Below, in pieces: positions 8,671 through 21,165 of a stretch of 32,000 bases of DNA. The notes below the pieces were generated by a model, which was given only the letters and a program-made list of their open reading frames with translations, made no database searches and was not told the DNA's origin. The position numbers and the translations under genes are program-made. Positions within the stretch are counted from its first letter, which is position 1. Each line of letters starts with the position of its first letter. The stretch spans positions 6,450,001 through 6,482,000 of the forward strand of contig NZ_LN831039.1 in NCBI RefSeq assembly GCF_001457595.1, read 5' to 3'. This DNA comes from Mycolicibacterium smegmatis. Its GTDB lineage: Bacteria; Actinomycetota; Actinomycetes; Mycobacteriales; Mycobacteriaceae.

Positions 8671-9435
8671 ATGGTGTTCGACGCCGTAGGTAACCCCCAG
8701 ACGATCCTGCTGCTCGGCGGCACCTCCGAGATCGGGCTGGCAATCTGTGAGCGCTATCTGCGCAACGCATCCGCGCGCATCGTGCTGGCCGTGATGCCGG
8801 GAGATCCCGGCCGCGACGCGGCCGTGGAACAGATGCGCAAAGCCGGTGCGAGCGCGGTGGACGTGGTCGATTTCGACGCGCTCGACACCGAGAGCCACCC
8901 CGCGGTGATCGACCAGGCGTTCGCAGGCGGTGACGTGGATGTGGCGATCGTCGCATTCGGTCTGCTGGGTGACGCCGAGGAACTGTGGCAGAACCAGCGC
9001 AAGGCCGTGCAGATCGCCGGGGTCAACTACACCGCGGCGGTGTCGGTCGGCGTGCTGCTGGGCGAGAAGATGCGCGCACAGGGCTCCGGGCAGATCATCG
9101 CGATGAGCTCGGCGGCCGGTGAGCGCGTGCGCCGCTCCAACTTCGTCTACGGCTCCACCAAGGCCGGCCTGGACGGCTTCTACCTGGGCCTGGGCGAGGC
9201 CCTGCGCGAGTTCGGTGTGCGGGTGCTGGTGATCCGCCCCGGTCAGGTGCGCACCCGCATGAGCGCCCACGTCAAAGAGGCGCCGCTGACCGTGGACAAG
9301 GAGTACGTCGCCGAACTCGCGGTCACCGCGTCGGCGAAGGGCAAGGAACTGGTTTGGGCGCCAGGCGCATTCCGGTACGTGATGATGGTGTTGCGTCACA
9401 TCCCGCGACCCATCTTCCGCAAGCTCCCCATCTGA
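8671..9435 (+). CDS. dprE2: Decaprenylphosphoryl-2-keto-ribose reductase DprE2 (SDR family)
   Basis: ATG at 8671. GGTSEIG nucleotide-binding motif and YGSTKAG (YxxxK). Near-identity to the recalled Rv3791 sequence (254 aa, same length, ...[13 protein letters not shown]). Confidence 0.96.
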   Translation: MVFDAVGNPQTILLLGGTSEIGLAICERYLRNASARIVLAVMPGDPGRDAAVEQMRKAGASAVDVVDFDALDTESHPAVIDQAFAGGDVDVAIVAFGLLGDAEELWQNQRKAVQIAGVNYTAAVSVGVLLGEKMRAQGSGQIIAMSSAAGERVRRSNFVYGSTKAGLDGFYLGLGEALREFGVRVLVIRPGQVRTRMSAHVKEAPLTVDKEYVAELAVTASAKGKELVWAPGAFRYVMMVLRHIPRPIFRKLPI

Positions 9436-11315
9436 TGCCGGTGGCGGCCAGGGTTCTCGGCCAGATGGTGCTCGCCGTGCTGATGGCCTCGGCCGTCGCC
9501 GGTGTGGCGATCGCGGCGATCGCCCGCGTCGAATGGCCCGCCTACAACACGTCCAACCAGCTGCACGCGCTCACCACGGTGGGCCAGTTCGGTTGCCTGG
9601 CAGGCCTGTTCGCAGCCGGACTGCTGTGGCGGCGCGGCCGCAGGACGCTGGCGCGCCTGGGTGCGCTGGCGTTCATCTCGGCGTTCTCGGTGGTGACGCT
9701 CGCGATGCCGCTGGGTGCGACAAAGCTGTACCTGTTCGGGGTCTCGGTCGATCAGCAGTTCCGCACCGAGTACCTCACCCGGCTCACCGACACGGCCGGT
9801 CTGCACGACATGACCTACATCGGCCTGCCGCCGTTCTACCCCGCGGGCTGGTTCTGGCTGGGCGGGCGGATCGCCGCGGCCACCGGCACGCCGGCGTGGG
9901 AGATGTTCAAACCCTGGTCGATCGTGTCGATCACGATCGCTGTGGCGCTCGCACTTGTGTTGTGGGCGGCCATGATCCGTTTCGAGTACGCACTCGTGGC
10001 GACCGCGGCGAGCACAGCGGCCATGCTGGCGTACGCCTCCACCGAGCCGTACGCGGCGATCATCACGGTGCTGATGCCGCCGGTGTTCGTGCTGGCCTGG
10101 GCCGGGCTGCGTGCCCGCACGCGCGGCGGCGGGTGGGCCGCGATCGTCGGCGTCGGCATCTTCCTGGGTGTAGCTGCGCTGTTCTACACACTGCTGCTGG
10201 TCTACGCGGCGTTCACGCTGACGATCATGGCGCTGTGCGTGGCGGTCGCCCGCAGGCACATCGACCCACTGCTGCGGCTCGCGGTGATCGCGGTGATCTC
10301 CGGGGCCATCGCGCTGCTCACGTGGGCCCCGTACCTACTGGCCGCGATGCGCGGCGAACCGGCCGATTCGGGAACCGCGCAGCACTACCTGCCCGACGCG
10401 GGCGCCGAACTGCACTTCCCGATGTTCAGCCTCACGCTGCACGGCGCGCTGTGCATGCTGGGCACCGTGTGGCTCGTGGTGCGGGCCCGCACCTCGACAC
10501 GCGCCGGGGCGCTCGCGGTGGCCGTGGTCGCGGTGTACGCGTGGTCACTGCTGTCGATGCTCACGACGCTTGCGGGCACCACGCTGCTGTCCTTCCGCCT
10601 CCAGCCCACGCTGACCGTGCTGCTCACCACAGCGGGTGCGTTCGGGTTCATCGAGGCCACACTCGCGATCGCCCACCGGTATCGGCCCGAGACGTCGCGC
10701 CGCGTCGTCGCCGCCGCGACCGCGGTGGGCGCGATCGGCGCCGTCACGTTCAGCCAGGACATCCCCGACGTGCTGCGACCCGACATCAACGTGGCCTACA
10801 CCGACACCGACGGCACCGGCCAGCGCGCCGACCGCAGGCCACCGGGCGCCGAGCGCTACTACCGCGAGATCGACGCCAAGATCCTCGAGGTCACCGGCGT
10901 CCCGCGTAACCAGACCGTGGTGCTCACGGCCGACTACAGCTTCCTGTCCTTCTACCCGTACTACGGCTTCCAAGGGCTCACGTCGCACTACGCCAACCCG
11001 CTCGCGCAGTTCGACAAGCGCGCCGCCGCGATCGAAGGCTGGGCGACCCTGGGCTCGGCCGATGACTTCGTCGCCGCACTCGACGAGCTGCCGTGGGAAC
11101 CGCCCACGGTGTTCCTGATGCGCCACGGCGCCAATGACACCTACACGCTGCGCCTGGCATCCGACGTGTATCCCAACCAGCCCAACGTGCGGCGCTATCA
11201 CGTCGAACTGGACTCTGCGGTGTTCGACGATCCGCGGTTCGAGGTGTCCGACCACGGTCCGTTCGTGCTCGCGATCAGGAAACCCGGGGGAAAGCCGGAG
11301 ACCGATGGCCACTGA
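9435..11315 (+). CDS. aftA: Arabinofuranosyltransferase AftA (GT-C, primes arabinan on galactan)
   Basis: ATG at 9435 shares its A with the dprE2 TGA (9433-9435). Polytopic N-terminal half and soluble C-terminal half. Conserved blocks match recalled Rv3792: [57 protein letters not shown]. The track ORF start at 9354 lies inside dprE2 and is an over-extension. Confidence 0.92.
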   Translation: MPVAARVLGQMVLAVLMASAVAGVAIAAIARVEWPAYNTSNQLHALTTVGQFGCLAGLFAAGLLWRRGRRTLARLGALAFISAFSVVTLAMPLGATKLYLFGVSVDQQFRTEYLTRLTDTAGLHDMTYIGLPPFYPAGWFWLGGRIAAATGTPAWEMFKPWSIVSITIAVALALVLWAAMIRFEYALVATAASTAAMLAYASTEPYAAIITVLMPPVFVLAWAGLRARTRGGGWAAIVGVGIFLGVAALFYTLLLVYAAFTLTIMALCVAVARRHIDPLLRLAVIAVISGAIALLTWAPYLLAAMRGEPADSGTAQHYLPDAGAELHFPMFSLTLHGALCMLGTVWLVVRARTSTRAGALAVAVVAVYAWSLLSMLTTLAGTTLLSFRLQPTLTVLLTTAGAFGFIEATLAIAHRYRPETSRRVVAAATAVGAIGAVTFSQDIPDVLRPDINVAYTDTDGTGQRADRRPPGAERYYREIDAKILEVTGVPRNQTVVLTADYSFLSFYPYYGFQGLTSHYANPLAQFDKRAAAIEGWATLGSADDFVAALDELPWEPPTVFLMRHGANDTYTLRLASDVYPNQPNVRRYHVELDSAVFDDPRFEVSDHGPFVLAIRKPGGKPETDGH

Positions 11316-14300
11316 TATCCCGTTAGCATCGAAGCCCGTGACCGGTCCGCATGCAGCGGGTGGCAGCAACCACCGCACCGCGCGGCTCGTCGCGATCATC
11401 GCCGGACTTCTCGGCACGCTGATGGCGATCGCGACGCCGCTGCTGCCGGTCGAGCAGACCACCGCCGAGCTCAACTGGCCGCAGAACGGCGTCTGGCAGA
11501 GCGTCGACGCGCCGCTGATCGGCTACGTCGCGACCGACCTGACCGTCACCGTGCCGTGCCAGGCCGCCGCGGGCCTGGTGGGACCGGAGAACCGCAACCG
11601 CAGCGTGCTGTTGTCGACGGTGCCCAAGCAGGCCCCCAAGGCCATCGACCGCGGCCTGCTGATCGAACGCATCAACAACGACCTCACGGTCATCGTGCGC
11701 AACACCCCGGTCGTCAGCGCACCGCTGGAGCAGGTGCTCAGCCCCGACTGCCGGTACCTGACGTTCACCGCGCACGCCGACAAGGTGACCGGTGAGTTCG
11801 TCGGCCTCACGCAGGGTCCCGATGACGACGACCCGGGCGAGGCGGTGCGCGGCGAGCGCAGCGGCTACGACTTCCGTCCCCAGATCGTCGGTGTGTTCAC
11901 CGACCTGTCCGGCCCGGCGCCCGAAGGGCTGCAGTTGTCGGCGACCATCGACACGCGCTACAGCACGTCGCCGACCCTGCTGAAACTGCTCGCGATGATC
12001 GTGGGCGTCGCGATGACCGTCATCGCGCTCGGCGCGCTGCACGTGCTGGACTGCGCCGACGGCCGGCGCCACAAGCGCTTCCTGCCGTCGCGCTGGTGGT
12101 CGATGACGCCGCTGGACGGGCTGGTCAGCGCGATGCTGGTGTGGTGGCACTTCGTCGGCGCCAACACGGCCGACGACGGCTACATCCTGACCATGGCCCG
12201 TGTGTCCGAGCACGCCGGCTACATGGCCAACTACTACCGCTGGTTCGGTACGCCTGAGTCGCCGTTCGGCTGGTACTACGACCTGCTGGCGTTGTGGGCG
12301 CACGTGTCGACGGCCAGCGTGTGGATGCGCTTCCCCACGCTGCTCATGGGTCTGGCCTGCTGGTGGGTGATCAGCCGCGAGGTCATCCCGCGCCTGGGCG
12401 CCGCCGCCAAGCACAGCCGCGCCGCGGCATGGACCGCCGCGGGCCTGTTCCTGGCGTTCTGGCTGCCGCTCAACAACGGGTTGCGCCCCGAGCCCATCAT
12501 CGCGCTGGGCATCCTGCTGACGTGGTGCTCGGTGGAGCGCGGCGTCGCGACCAGCAGGCTGCTGCCGGTGGCCGTCGCCATCATCATCGGTGCACTCACG
12601 CTGTTCTCCGGCCCCACCGGCATCGCCGCTGTCGGCGCCCTGCTGGTCGCCATCGGACCGCTGAAAACCATTGTGGCCGCGCATGTTTCACGGTTCGGCT
12701 ATTGGGCACTGCTGGCGCCGATCGCCGCGGCGGGCACCGTCACGATCTTCCTGATCTTCCGCGACCAGACCCTGGCCGCCGAACTGCAGGCCAGCAGCTT
12801 CAAGTCGGCCGTCGGCCCCAGCCTGGCCTGGTTCGACGAGCACATCCGCTACTCACGCCTGTTCACCACAAGCCCCGACGGTTCGGTGGCGCGGCGCTTC
12901 GCGGTGCTCACGCTGCTGCTCGCGCTGGCGGTGTCGATCGCGATGACGCTGCGCAAGGGCCGCATCCCCGGCACCGCGCTGGGCCCGAGCAGACGCATCA
13001 TCGGCATCACGATCATCTCGTTCCTCGCGATGATGTTCACCCCGACCAAGTGGACCCACCACTTCGGTGTGTTCGCCGGCCTCGCGGGGTGCCTCGGCGC
13101 CCTGGCCGCCGTCGCGGTCACCACGACCGCGATGAAGTCGCGGCGTAACCGCACGGTGTTCGGCGCGGCAGTGCTGTTCGTGACGGCGCTGTCGTTCGCG
13201 ACGGTCAACGGCTGGTGGTACGTGTCCAATTTCGGTGTGCCCTGGTCGAACTCGTTCCCCGAGTTCAAGTTCGGGTTCACCACGATGCTGCTGGGCCTGT
13301 CGGTGCTCGCGCTGCTGGTCGCGGCATGGTTCCACTTCAGCGGGCGCGACGTCTCGCCCGACCGGCCGCAACGGCGCTGGCAGCGCCTTCTGGTCGCCCC
13401 GCTCGCGGTCGCCACGTGGGCACTGGTGATCTTCGAGGTGGTCTCGCTGACGCTGGGGATGATCAACCAGTACCCGGCGTGGTCGGTGGGCCGCTCCAAC
13501 CTCAACGCCCTGACCGGCAAGACCTGCGGACTGGCCAACGACGTGCTGGTCGAGCAGAACGCCAACGCGGGCATGCTCACCCCGATCGGTGAGCCGGCCG
13601 GTCAGGCGCTCGGCGCCGTGACCTCGCTGGGCTTCGGGCCGAACGGCATCCCCTCGGATGTCTCCGCGGACCCCGTCATGGAGCAGCCCGGCACGGACAA
13701 CTTCGCCGACAGCGACTCCGGCGTCGTCACCGGCACCGAGGTCGGCACCGAAGGCGGCACCACAGCTGCCGCGGGCATCAACGGATCCCGCGCGCGCCTG
13801 CCGTACGGCCTGAACCCGGCCACCACGCCGGTGCTCGGTTCGTGGCGTTCGGGCACACAGCAGCCCGCGGTGCTGCGCTCGGCGTGGTACCGGCTGCCCG
13901 ACCGCGACCAGGCGGGCCCGCTGCTCGTGGTGTCGGCCGCCGGTCGGTTCGACCAGGGCGAGGTCGAGGTGCAGTGGGCCACCGACGAGCAGGCCGCGGC
14001 CAACGAGCCGGGCGGCAGCATCACCTTCGGTGACGTCGGCGCGGCCCCGGCCTGGCGCAACCTGCGCGCCCCGCTGAGCTCGATCCCGCCCGAGGCCACC
14101 CAGATCCGGCTGGTCGCCAGCGACGACGATCTCGCACCCCAGCACTGGATCGCCCTGACCCCGCCGCGCATCCCCGAGCTGCGCACGCTGCAGGAGGTCG
14201 TCGGATCGTCCGACCCGGTGATGCTGGACTGGCTCGTAGGCCTGGCGTTCCCGTGCCAGCGGCCGTTCGACCACCGCTACGGCGTCGTCGAGGTGCCCAA

Positions 14301-14562
14301 GTGGCGCATCCTGCCGGACCGGTTCGGCGCCGAGGCCAATTCGCCGGTCATGGACTACCTGGGCGGCGGCCCGCTCGGCATCACCGAGCTGCTGCTGCGC
14401 CCGTCGTCGGTGCCGACCTACCTCAAGGACGACTGGTACCGCGACTGGGGCTCGTTGCAGCGGCTGACGCCGTGGTACCCGGACGCCCAGCCGGCGCGCC
14501 TGGACCTCGGCACGGCCACGCGCAGCGGCTGGTGGAGCCCGGCGCCCCTGCGGCTGAGTTGA
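11305..14562 (+). CDS. embC: Arabinosyltransferase EmbC (lipoarabinomannan arabinan)
   Basis: ATG at 11305 (MATDIPL..., cf. M. tuberculosis MATEAAP...) overlaps the aftA 3' end by 11 nt. GT-C motifs [12 protein letters not shown] and [12 protein letters not shown]. First of three ~1085-aa paralogues in the canonical C-A-B order. The track start at 11134 is an over-extension into aftA. Confidence 0.94.
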   Translation: MATDIPLASKPVTGPHAAGGSNHRTARLVAIIAGLLGTLMAIATPLLPVEQTTAELNWPQNGVWQSVDAPLIGYVATDLTVTVPCQAAAGLVGPENRNRSVLLSTVPKQAPKAIDRGLLIERINNDLTVIVRNTPVVSAPLEQVLSPDCRYLTFTAHADKVTGEFVGLTQGPDDDDPGEAVRGERSGYDFRPQIVGVFTDLSGPAPEGLQLSATIDTRYSTSPTLLKLLAMIVGVAMTVIALGALHVLDCADGRRHKRFLPSRWWSMTPLDGLVSAMLVWWHFVGANTADDGYILTMARVSEHAGYMANYYRWFGTPESPFGWYYDLLALWAHVSTASVWMRFPTLLMGLACWWVISREVIPRLGAAAKHSRAAAWTAAGLFLAFWLPLNNGLRPEPIIALGILLTWCSVERGVATSRLLPVAVAIIIGALTLFSGPTGIAAVGALLVAIGPLKTIVAAHVSRFGYWALLAPIAAAGTVTIFLIFRDQTLAAELQASSFKSAVGPSLAWFDEHIRYSRLFTTSPDGSVARRFAVLTLLLALAVSIAMTLRKGRIPGTALGPSRRIIGITIISFLAMMFTPTKWTHHFGVFAGLAGCLGALAAVAVTTTAMKSRRNRTVFGAAVLFVTALSFATVNGWWYVSNFGVPWSNSFPEFKFGFTTMLLGLSVLALLVAAWFHFSGRDVSPDRPQRRWQRLLVAPLAVATWALVIFEVVSLTLGMINQYPAWSVGRSNLNALTGKTCGLANDVLVEQNANAGMLTPIGEPAGQALGAVTSLGFGPNGIPSDVSADPVMEQPGTDNFADSDSGVVTGTEVGTEGGTTAAAGINGSRARLPYGLNPATTPVLGSWRSGTQQPAVLRSAWYRLPDRDQAGPLLVVSAAGRFDQGEVEVQWATDEQAAANEPGGSITFGDVGAAPAWRNLRAPLSSIPPEATQIRLVASDDDLAPQHWIALTPPRIPELRTLQEVVGSSDPVMLDWLVGLAFPCQRPFDHRYGVVEVPKWRILPDRFGAEANSPVMDYLGGGPLGITELLLRPSSVPTYLKDDWYRDWGSLQRLTPWYPDAQPARLDLGTATRSGWWSPAPLRLS

Positions 14563-14583
14563 GCGGCTGAGCTAGCGGCTGAG
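14550..14583 (+). repeat. Three direct copies of GCGGCTGAG spanning the embC stop codon (last two form an 11/12 tandem AGCGGCTGAGC)
   Basis: Copies at 14550-14558, 14563-14571 and 14575-14583. The embC TGA is at 14560-14562. Confidence 0.8.
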
Positions 14584-14607
14584 CGATCACGGTAGGGCCG
14601 ACGCGCG

Positions 14608-14634
14608 CCCGCATGGCCGACGCTCACATGCGGG
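14608..14634 (+). promoter_or_regulatory. Hairpin in the embC-embA spacer (possible embC terminator or embA leader element)
   Basis: Perfect 8-bp inverted repeat CCCGCATG / CATGCGGG with an 11-nt loop, ending 20 nt upstream of the embA GTG (14654). Confidence 0.3.
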
Positions 14635-14653
14635 TCGCATACCATCGAGCCTC

Positions 14654-17600
14654 GTGCCGGGCGATGAACAGCGTGAGCGAACAGCAGATGACGCAGTGAC
14701 CGAACCGTCCCGCATCGCACGCCTGATCGCTGTCGTCGCCGGCATCGCGGGCGTGTTGTTGTGCGGTCTGGTTCCACTGCTCCCGGTGGAGGAGACCACC
14801 GCGACCGTCCTGTGGCCGCAGGGTGTGGGTGCCGACGGCAACGTCACCGAACTGACGGCGCCGCTGGTGGCCGGGGCGCCGCGGGCACTCGACGTCACGA
14901 TCCCGTGCCGCGCCGTGGCCGAGCTTCCCGCCGACGGCGGCGTGGTGTTCTCGACGAACCCGGCAGGCGGCATCGAGGCCGGCCGCAACGGCATGTTCAT
15001 CCGCGCCAACGCCGACGTGGTCTACGTCGCGTTCCGCGACACGGTCGCCGCGGTCGCACCGCGTGAGGCCGTCGATTCCGGCGCGTGCAGCGAGATCCAC
15101 GTCTGGGCCGACGTCAGCGCGGTGGGCGCCGACTTCGCCGGTATCCCCGACGCCAGCGGAACCCTGCCCGTCGACAAGCGCCCCCAGGTCTCGGGTGTCT
15201 TCACCGACCTCAAGGTGCCCGCGCAGCCCGGCCTGGCCGCGCGCATCGACATCGACACCCGCTTCATCACGTCACCGACCCTGCTGAAGACCGCCGTGAT
15301 GGTGCTCGGCCTCGCGTGCGTCATCGGGTCGATCGTCGCGCTGGCCCTGTTGGACCGCGGATGGCGCAGGCGCCCGCCGCGCACGCGCGGACGCGCCGGG
15401 CTGTGGACGTGGATCACCGACACCGGCGTGATCGGCGGCCTGCTCATCTGGCACATCGTCGGCGCGCCCACGTCCGACGACGGCTACAACATGACCATCG
15501 CCCGGGTGGCGTCCGAGGCGGGTTACACGACGAACTACTACCGCTACTTCGGCGCGTCCGAGGCCCCGTTCGACTGGTACCAGAGCGTGCTGTCGCACCT
15601 GGCCTCGATCAGCACCGCGGGCGTGTGGATGCGGCTGCCCGCCACGGCGGCCGCTATCGCGACGTGGCTGATCATCAGCCGCTGCGTGCTGCCCCGCATC
15701 GGCAGGCGCGTCGCGGCCAACCGCGTCGCGATGCTCACCGCGGGTGCGACGTTCCTGGCCGCGTGGCTGCCGTTCAACAACGGTTTGCGTCCCGAACCGC
15801 TGATCGCGTTCGCGGTGATCACGGTGTGGATGCTGGTGGAGAACTCCATCGGCACGCGGCGCCTGTGGCCCGCGGCCGTCGCGATCGTCATCGCGATGTT
15901 CTCCGTCACACTCGCCCCGCAGGGCCTGATCGCGCTGGCGCCGCTGCTGGTCGGCGCGCGCGCCATCGGCCGCGTCGTCACCGCCCGCCGTGCGGGCACC
16001 GGGATCCTGGCGTCCCTGGCCCCGCTCGCGGCGTCGGTCGCCGTGGTCTTCGTGATCATCTTCCGCGATCAGACCCTGGCCACGGTCGCCGAGTCGGTGC
16101 GCATCAAGTACGTCGTGGGACCGACCATCCCCTGGTACCAGGAATTCCTGCGGTACTACTTCCTCACGGTCGAGGACAGCGTCGACGGATCCCTGACCCG
16201 CCGATTCGCGGTGCTGGTGCTGCTGCTGTGCCTGTTCGGCCTCATCATGGTGCTGCTGCGCCGCGGCCGGGTGCCCGGCGCGGTGAGCGGGCCGCTGTGG
16301 CGGCTGTGCGGATCGACCGCGATCGGCCTGCTGCTGTTGATCCTCACCCCCACCAAGTGGGCGATCCAGTTCGGCGCGTTCGCGGGCCTGGCCGGCGCCC
16401 TCGGTGGTGTGACGGCATTCGCGTTCGCGCGCGTGGGCCTGCACAGCCGACGCAACCTCGCGCTGTACGTCACCGCGCTGCTGTTCATCCTGGCGTGGGC
16501 CACCTCGGGCCTCAACGGCTGGTTCTACGTCGGCAACTACGGCGTGCCGTGGTTCGACAAGCAGCCTGTGATCGCGCATTACCCGGTCACCACGATCTTC
16601 CTGGTGCTCGCGATCGTCGGCGGTCTGCTCGCAGGCTGGCTGCACTTCCGCATGGACTACGCGGGGCACACCGAGGTGGCCGACACCGGCAGAAACCGCG
16701 CGCTCGCCTCGACGCCGCTGTTGATCGTCGCGACCATCATGGTGGTGCTCGAACTCGGCTCGATGGTCAAGGCCACCGTGGGCCGCTACCCCGTCTACAC
16801 CGTGGGCTCGGCCAACATCGCCGCGCTGCGCTCGGCCGGCGACAGCTGTGCGATGGCCGACGCCGTGCTGGTCGAGGCCGACCCCAACGAGGGCATGCTG
16901 CAACCGGTTCCGGGCCAGCGCTTCGGCGAGTACGGCCCGCTGGGCGGCGAGGACCCCGTCGGCTTCACCCCCAACGGCGTCAGCGACACCCTCGAACCCG
17001 CCGAGCCCGTCGCGGCCAACCCGGGCACCCCGAACTCCGACGGGCCGGTCGACAAGCCCAACATCGGCATCGGCTACGCCGCGGGCACCGGCGGCGGCTA
17101 CGGCCCCGAGGGCGTCAACGGGTCGCGGGTGTTCCTGCCCTTCGGCCTGGACCCGTCCCGCACCCCGGTGATGGGCAGCTACGGCGAGAACAAGCTGGCC
17201 GCCAAGGCCACGTCGGCCTGGTACCAGCTGCCGCCCCGCACGCCGGACCGCCCGCTGGTGACCGTCGCCGCGGCAGGCGCCATCTGGTACTACGAGGAAG
17301 ACGGCTCGTTCAACTACGGCCAGTCGCTCAAGCTGCAGTGGGGTGTGCACCGGCCCGACGGCACCTACCAGGCGCTGTCGGAGGTCCAGCCCATCGACAT
17401 CTTCCAGCAGAAGGCGTGGCGCAACCTGCGGTTCCCGCTCGCGTGGGCGCCGCCGGAGGCCAACGTCGCGCGCATCGTCGCCGACGACCCCAACCTGTCC
17501 GAGGACCAGTGGTTCGCGTTCACGCCGCCGCGCGTTCCGGTGCTGCAGACCGCGCAGCAGTTCCTCGGATCGCAGACCCCGGTGCTCATGGACATCGCCA

Positions 17601-17938
17601 CGGCCGCGAACTTCCCGTGCCAGCGGCCATTCGCCGAGCGGCTCGGTGTCGCCGAGTTGCCCGAGTACCGCATCATCCCCAACTTCAAGCAGATGGTGGT
17701 GTCGTCCAACCAGTGGCAGTCCGCCGCCGACGGTGGGCCGTTCCTGTTCATCCAGGCGCTGCTGAGGACCGAGGCGATCCCGACCTATCTGCGTGACGAC
17801 TGGTACCGCGACTGGGGCTCGATCGAGCGCTACATCCGGGTGGTACCGCAGGAGCAGGCGCCCACAGCCGCCATCGAGGAAGGATCGACGCGAGTGTTCG
17901 GATGGAGTCGCGGCGGACCGATCAGGGCACTGCCGTGA
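14654..17938 (+). CDS. embA: Arabinosyltransferase EmbA (arabinogalactan)
   Basis: GTG start (VPGDEQRER..., cf. M. tuberculosis VPHDGNERSHRIARL...). Motifs [12 protein letters not shown] and [12 protein letters not shown]. Second emb paralogue. Confidence 0.94.
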   Translation: MPGDEQRERTADDAVTEPSRIARLIAVVAGIAGVLLCGLVPLLPVEETTATVLWPQGVGADGNVTELTAPLVAGAPRALDVTIPCRAVAELPADGGVVFSTNPAGGIEAGRNGMFIRANADVVYVAFRDTVAAVAPREAVDSGACSEIHVWADVSAVGADFAGIPDASGTLPVDKRPQVSGVFTDLKVPAQPGLAARIDIDTRFITSPTLLKTAVMVLGLACVIGSIVALALLDRGWRRRPPRTRGRAGLWTWITDTGVIGGLLIWHIVGAPTSDDGYNMTIARVASEAGYTTNYYRYFGASEAPFDWYQSVLSHLASISTAGVWMRLPATAAAIATWLIISRCVLPRIGRRVAANRVAMLTAGATFLAAWLPFNNGLRPEPLIAFAVITVWMLVENSIGTRRLWPAAVAIVIAMFSVTLAPQGLIALAPLLVGARAIGRVVTARRAGTGILASLAPLAASVAVVFVIIFRDQTLATVAESVRIKYVVGPTIPWYQEFLRYYFLTVEDSVDGSLTRRFAVLVLLLCLFGLIMVLLRRGRVPGAVSGPLWRLCGSTAIGLLLLILTPTKWAIQFGAFAGLAGALGGVTAFAFARVGLHSRRNLALYVTALLFILAWATSGLNGWFYVGNYGVPWFDKQPVIAHYPVTTIFLVLAIVGGLLAGWLHFRMDYAGHTEVADTGRNRALASTPLLIVATIMVVLELGSMVKATVGRYPVYTVGSANIAALRSAGDSCAMADAVLVEADPNEGMLQPVPGQRFGEYGPLGGEDPVGFTPNGVSDTLEPAEPVAANPGTPNSDGPVDKPNIGIGYAAGTGGGYGPEGVNGSRVFLPFGLDPSRTPVMGSYGENKLAAKATSAWYQLPPRTPDRPLVTVAAAGAIWYYEEDGSFNYGQSLKLQWGVHRPDGTYQALSEVQPIDIFQQKAWRNLRFPLAWAPPEANVARIVADDPNLSEDQWFAFTPPRVPVLQTAQQFLGSQTPVLMDIATAANFPCQRPFAERLGVAELPEYRIIPNFKQMVVSSNQWQSAADGGPFLFIQALLRTEAIPTYLRDDWYRDWGSIERYIRVVPQEQAPTAAIEEGSTRVFGWSRGGPIRALP

Positions 17939-20900
17939 GCGGCAACATGGATGAAGCCGTGAGCGCCGGCAAGGACGTGCGGATCGCACGCTGGGTCGCC
18001 ACCATCGCGGGCCTGCTCGGATTCGTGCTCTCCGTGTCCATCCCGCTGCTGCCGGTCACGCAGACCACGGCCACGCTGAACTGGCCGCAGCAGGGCAGGC
18101 TCGACAACGTCACCGCTCCGCTGATCTCGCAGGCCCCGTTGGAGCTGACCGCGACCGTGCCGTGCTCGGTGGTGCGCGACCTGCCCCCCGAGGGCGGCCT
18201 GGTGTTCGGCACCGCACCCGCCGAGGGCCGCGACGCCGCACTCAACGCGATGCTGGTCAACGTCACCGAGACCCGCGTCGACGTGATCGTGCGCAACGTC
18301 GTCGTCGCGAGCGTGAACCGCGACCGCGTCGCGGGACCTGACTGCCAACGCATCGAGATCACGTCGAACCTGGATGGCACCTACGCCGATTTCGTCGGTC
18401 TCACACAGATTTCCGGCGAGGACGCGGGCAAGCTGCAGCGCACCGGCTACCCCGACCCGAATCTGCGGCCCGCGATCGTCGGTGTGTTCACCGACCTCAC
18501 CGGCCCTGCGCCGCAGGGACTGTCGGTGTCGGCGGAGATCGACACGCGCTTCACGACGCACCCCACGGCGCTCAAGCTCGCGGCCATGCTGCTGGCGATC
18601 GTGTCGACCGTCATCGCGCTGCTGGCGTTGTGGCGCCTCGACCGGCTCGACGGGCGGCGCATGCACCGCCTGATCCCGACGCGCTGGCGCACGGTCACCG
18701 CGGTCGACGGCGTGGTGGTCGGCGGCATGGCGATCTGGTACGTGATCGGCGCCAACTCGTCCGACGACGGCTACATCCTGCAGATGGCGCGCACGGCCGA
18801 GCACGCGGGCTACATGGCGAACTACTTCCGCTGGTTCGGCAGCCCCGAGGACCCGTTCGGCTGGTACTACAACGTGCTGGCGCTCATGACCAAGGTGAGC
18901 GACGCCAGCATCTGGATCCGATTGCCCGACTTGATCTGTGCCCTGATCTGCTGGCTGCTGCTGTCCCGTGAGGTGCTGCCGCGGCTGGGACCCGCGGTGG
19001 CCGGCAGTCGCGCGGCGATGTGGGCCGCGGGCCTGGTGCTGCTTGGTGCGTGGATGCCGTTCAACAACGGCCTGCGCCCCGAGGGCCAGATCGCCACGGG
19101 CGCGCTGATCACCTATGTCCTGATCGAACGCGCCGTCACCTCGGGCCGGCTCACCCCGGCGGCGCTGGCCATCACGACGGCCGCGTTCACGCTCGGTATC
19201 CAGCCGACCGGTCTGATCGCCGTCGCCGCACTGCTGGCCGGTGGCCGTCCGATCCTGCGCATCGTCATGCGCCGCCGTCGCCTCGTCGGGACCTGGCCGC
19301 TGATCGCGCCACTGCTGGCCGCGGGCACCGTGATCCTGGCCGTGGTGTTCGCCGACCAGACCATCGCAACGGTGCTGGAGGCCACCAGGATCCGCACCGC
19401 GATCGGGCCCAGCCAGGAGTGGTGGACCGAGAACCTGCGCTACTACTACCTGATCCTGCCGACCACCGACGGCGCGATCTCGCGGCGCGTGGCGTTCGTG
19501 TTCACCGCGATGTGCCTGTTCCCCTCGCTGTTCATGATGTTGCGGCGCAAGCACATCGCGGGCGTCGCACGCGGCCCGGCCTGGCGCCTGATGGGCATCA
19601 TCTTCGCCACCATGTTCTTCCTGATGTTCACGCCCACCAAGTGGATCCACCACTTCGGCCTGTTCGCCGCGGTGGGCGGTGCGATGGCCGCGCTGGCGAC
19701 CGTGCTGGTGTCGCCCACGGTGCTGCGCTCGGCGCGCAACCGGATGGCGTTCCTGTCGCTCGTGTTGTTCGTGCTGGCGTTCTGCTTCGCCTCCACCAAC
19801 GGCTGGTGGTACGTGTCGAACTTCGGTGCGCCGTTCAACAATTCGGTGCCCAAGGTCGGCGGTGTCCAGATCAGCGCGATCTTCTTCGCGCTGTCGGCGA
19901 TCGCGGCCCTGTGGGCGTTCTGGTTGCACCTGACGCGTCGCACCGAATCCCGTGTGGTGGACCGGTTGACCGCGGCGCCCATCCCCGTCGCGGCCGGGTT
20001 CATGGTCGTGGTGATGATGGCGTCCATGGCGATCGGCGTGGTGCGCCAGTACCCGACGTACTCCAACGGGTGGGCCAACATCCGCGCGTTCGCGGGCGGT
20101 TGCGGCCTGGCCGACGACGTTCTGGTGGAACCGGATTCGAACGCGGGCTTCCTCACGCCGCTGCCCGGCGCGTACGGTCCGCTTGGCCCGCTGGGCGGCG
20201 AGGACCCGCAGGGCTTCTCCCCCGACGGTGTTCCCGACCGCATCATCGCCGAGGCCATCCGCCTCAACAATCCGCAGCCGGGCACCGATTACGACTGGAA
20301 CCGACCGATCAAGCTCGACGAGCCGGGCATCAACGGTTCCACCGTGCCGCTGCCCTACGGCCTCGACCCCAAGCGGGTCCCGGTCGCGGGTACGTACTCC
20401 ACCGAGGCGCAACAGGAGAGCAGGCTGTCCTCGGCGTGGTACGAGCTTCCAGCCCTCGACGAGACCGAACGGGCTGCGCATCCGCTGGTGGTCATCACCG
20501 CCGCGGGCACCATCACCGGCGAGAGCGTCGCCAACGGCCTGACGACCGGCCAGACCGTGGACCTGGAGTACGCGACCCGCGGCCCGGACGGCACCCTGGT
20601 GCCCGCGGGCCGGGTGACACCGTACGACGTGGGGCCCACCCCGTCGTGGCGCAACCTGCGCTACCCGCGCTCGGAGATCCCCGACGATGCCGTCGCGGTG
20701 CGCGTGGTGGCCGAGGATCTGTCACTGAGCCAGGGCGACTGGATCGCGGTGACCCCGCCGCGGGTGCCCGAGCTGCAGTCGGTGCAGGAGTACGTCGGCT
20801 CCGATCAGCCCGTGCTGATGGACTGGGCCGTGGGTCTGGCGTTCCCGTGCCAGCAGCCCATGCTGCACGCCAACGGCGTCACCGAGGTGCCCAAGTTCCG

Positions 20901-21159
20901 CATCTCGCCGGACTACTACGCCAAGCTGCAGAGCACCGACACGTGGCAGGACGGCATCAACGGCGGCCTGCTGGGCATCACCGACCTGCTGCTGCGGGCC
21001 TCGGTGATGTCGACCTACCTGTCGCAGGACTGGGGCCAGGACTGGGGTTCGTTGCGCAAGTTCGACACCGTCGTCGAAGCGACGCCTGCCGAACTCGATT
21101 TCGGCTCCCAGACCCACAGCGGTCTCTACAGCCCGGGGCCTTTGCGCATCCGACCTTGA
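17935..21159 (+). CDS. embB: Arabinosyltransferase EmbB (arabinogalactan; ethambutol target)
   Basis: [16 protein letters not shown].. is identical to the recalled M. tuberculosis EmbB N-terminus. Ethambutol-resistance-region motif [27 protein letters not shown], and [12 protein letters not shown]. Start is uncertain: GTG 17935 (GTGA overlap with the embA stop) is preferred by analogy with the 4-nt overlap in M. tuberculosis. In-frame alternatives are ATG 17902 and ATG 17947. Confidence 0.92.
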   Translation: MSGNMDEAVSAGKDVRIARWVATIAGLLGFVLSVSIPLLPVTQTTATLNWPQQGRLDNVTAPLISQAPLELTATVPCSVVRDLPPEGGLVFGTAPAEGRDAALNAMLVNVTETRVDVIVRNVVVASVNRDRVAGPDCQRIEITSNLDGTYADFVGLTQISGEDAGKLQRTGYPDPNLRPAIVGVFTDLTGPAPQGLSVSAEIDTRFTTHPTALKLAAMLLAIVSTVIALLALWRLDRLDGRRMHRLIPTRWRTVTAVDGVVVGGMAIWYVIGANSSDDGYILQMARTAEHAGYMANYFRWFGSPEDPFGWYYNVLALMTKVSDASIWIRLPDLICALICWLLLSREVLPRLGPAVAGSRAAMWAAGLVLLGAWMPFNNGLRPEGQIATGALITYVLIERAVTSGRLTPAALAITTAAFTLGIQPTGLIAVAALLAGGRPILRIVMRRRRLVGTWPLIAPLLAAGTVILAVVFADQTIATVLEATRIRTAIGPSQEWWTENLRYYYLILPTTDGAISRRVAFVFTAMCLFPSLFMMLRRKHIAGVARGPAWRLMGIIFATMFFLMFTPTKWIHHFGLFAAVGGAMAALATVLVSPTVLRSARNRMAFLSLVLFVLAFCFASTNGWWYVSNFGAPFNNSVPKVGGVQISAIFFALSAIAALWAFWLHLTRRTESRVVDRLTAAPIPVAAGFMVVVMMASMAIGVVRQYPTYSNGWANIRAFAGGCGLADDVLVEPDSNAGFLTPLPGAYGPLGPLGGEDPQGFSPDGVPDRIIAEAIRLNNPQPGTDYDWNRPIKLDEPGINGSTVPLPYGLDPKRVPVAGTYSTEAQQESRLSSAWYELPALDETERAAHPLVVITAAGTITGESVANGLTTGQTVDLEYATRGPDGTLVPAGRVTPYDVGPTPSWRNLRYPRSEIPDDAVAVRVVAEDLSLSQGDWIAVTPPRVPELQSVQEYVGSDQPVLMDWAVGLAFPCQQPMLHANGVTEVPKFRISPDYYAKLQSTDTWQDGINGGLLGITDLLLRASVMSTYLSQDWGQDWGSLRKFDTVVEATPAELDFGSQTHSGLYSPGPLRIRP

Positions 21160-21165
21160 CATGTA

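Noticed and set aside
9354-9434. Upstream extensions of real genes in the ORF track: aftA from 9354, embC from 11134, pks13 to 29824, fadD32 to 31709, dprE1 from TTG 4344.
   Set aside because: The extensions run into the preceding gene or lack similarity to the conserved N-termini. Downstream starts match the recalled orthologue N-termini and have better SD or coupling geometry.
11305-21159. embC/embA/embB as a 'repeat' feature.
   Set aside because: They are diverged paralogues, similar at the protein level with conserved DDGY and FNNGLRPE motifs. They are not near-identical DNA repeats, and I saw no long identical nucleotide tracts.
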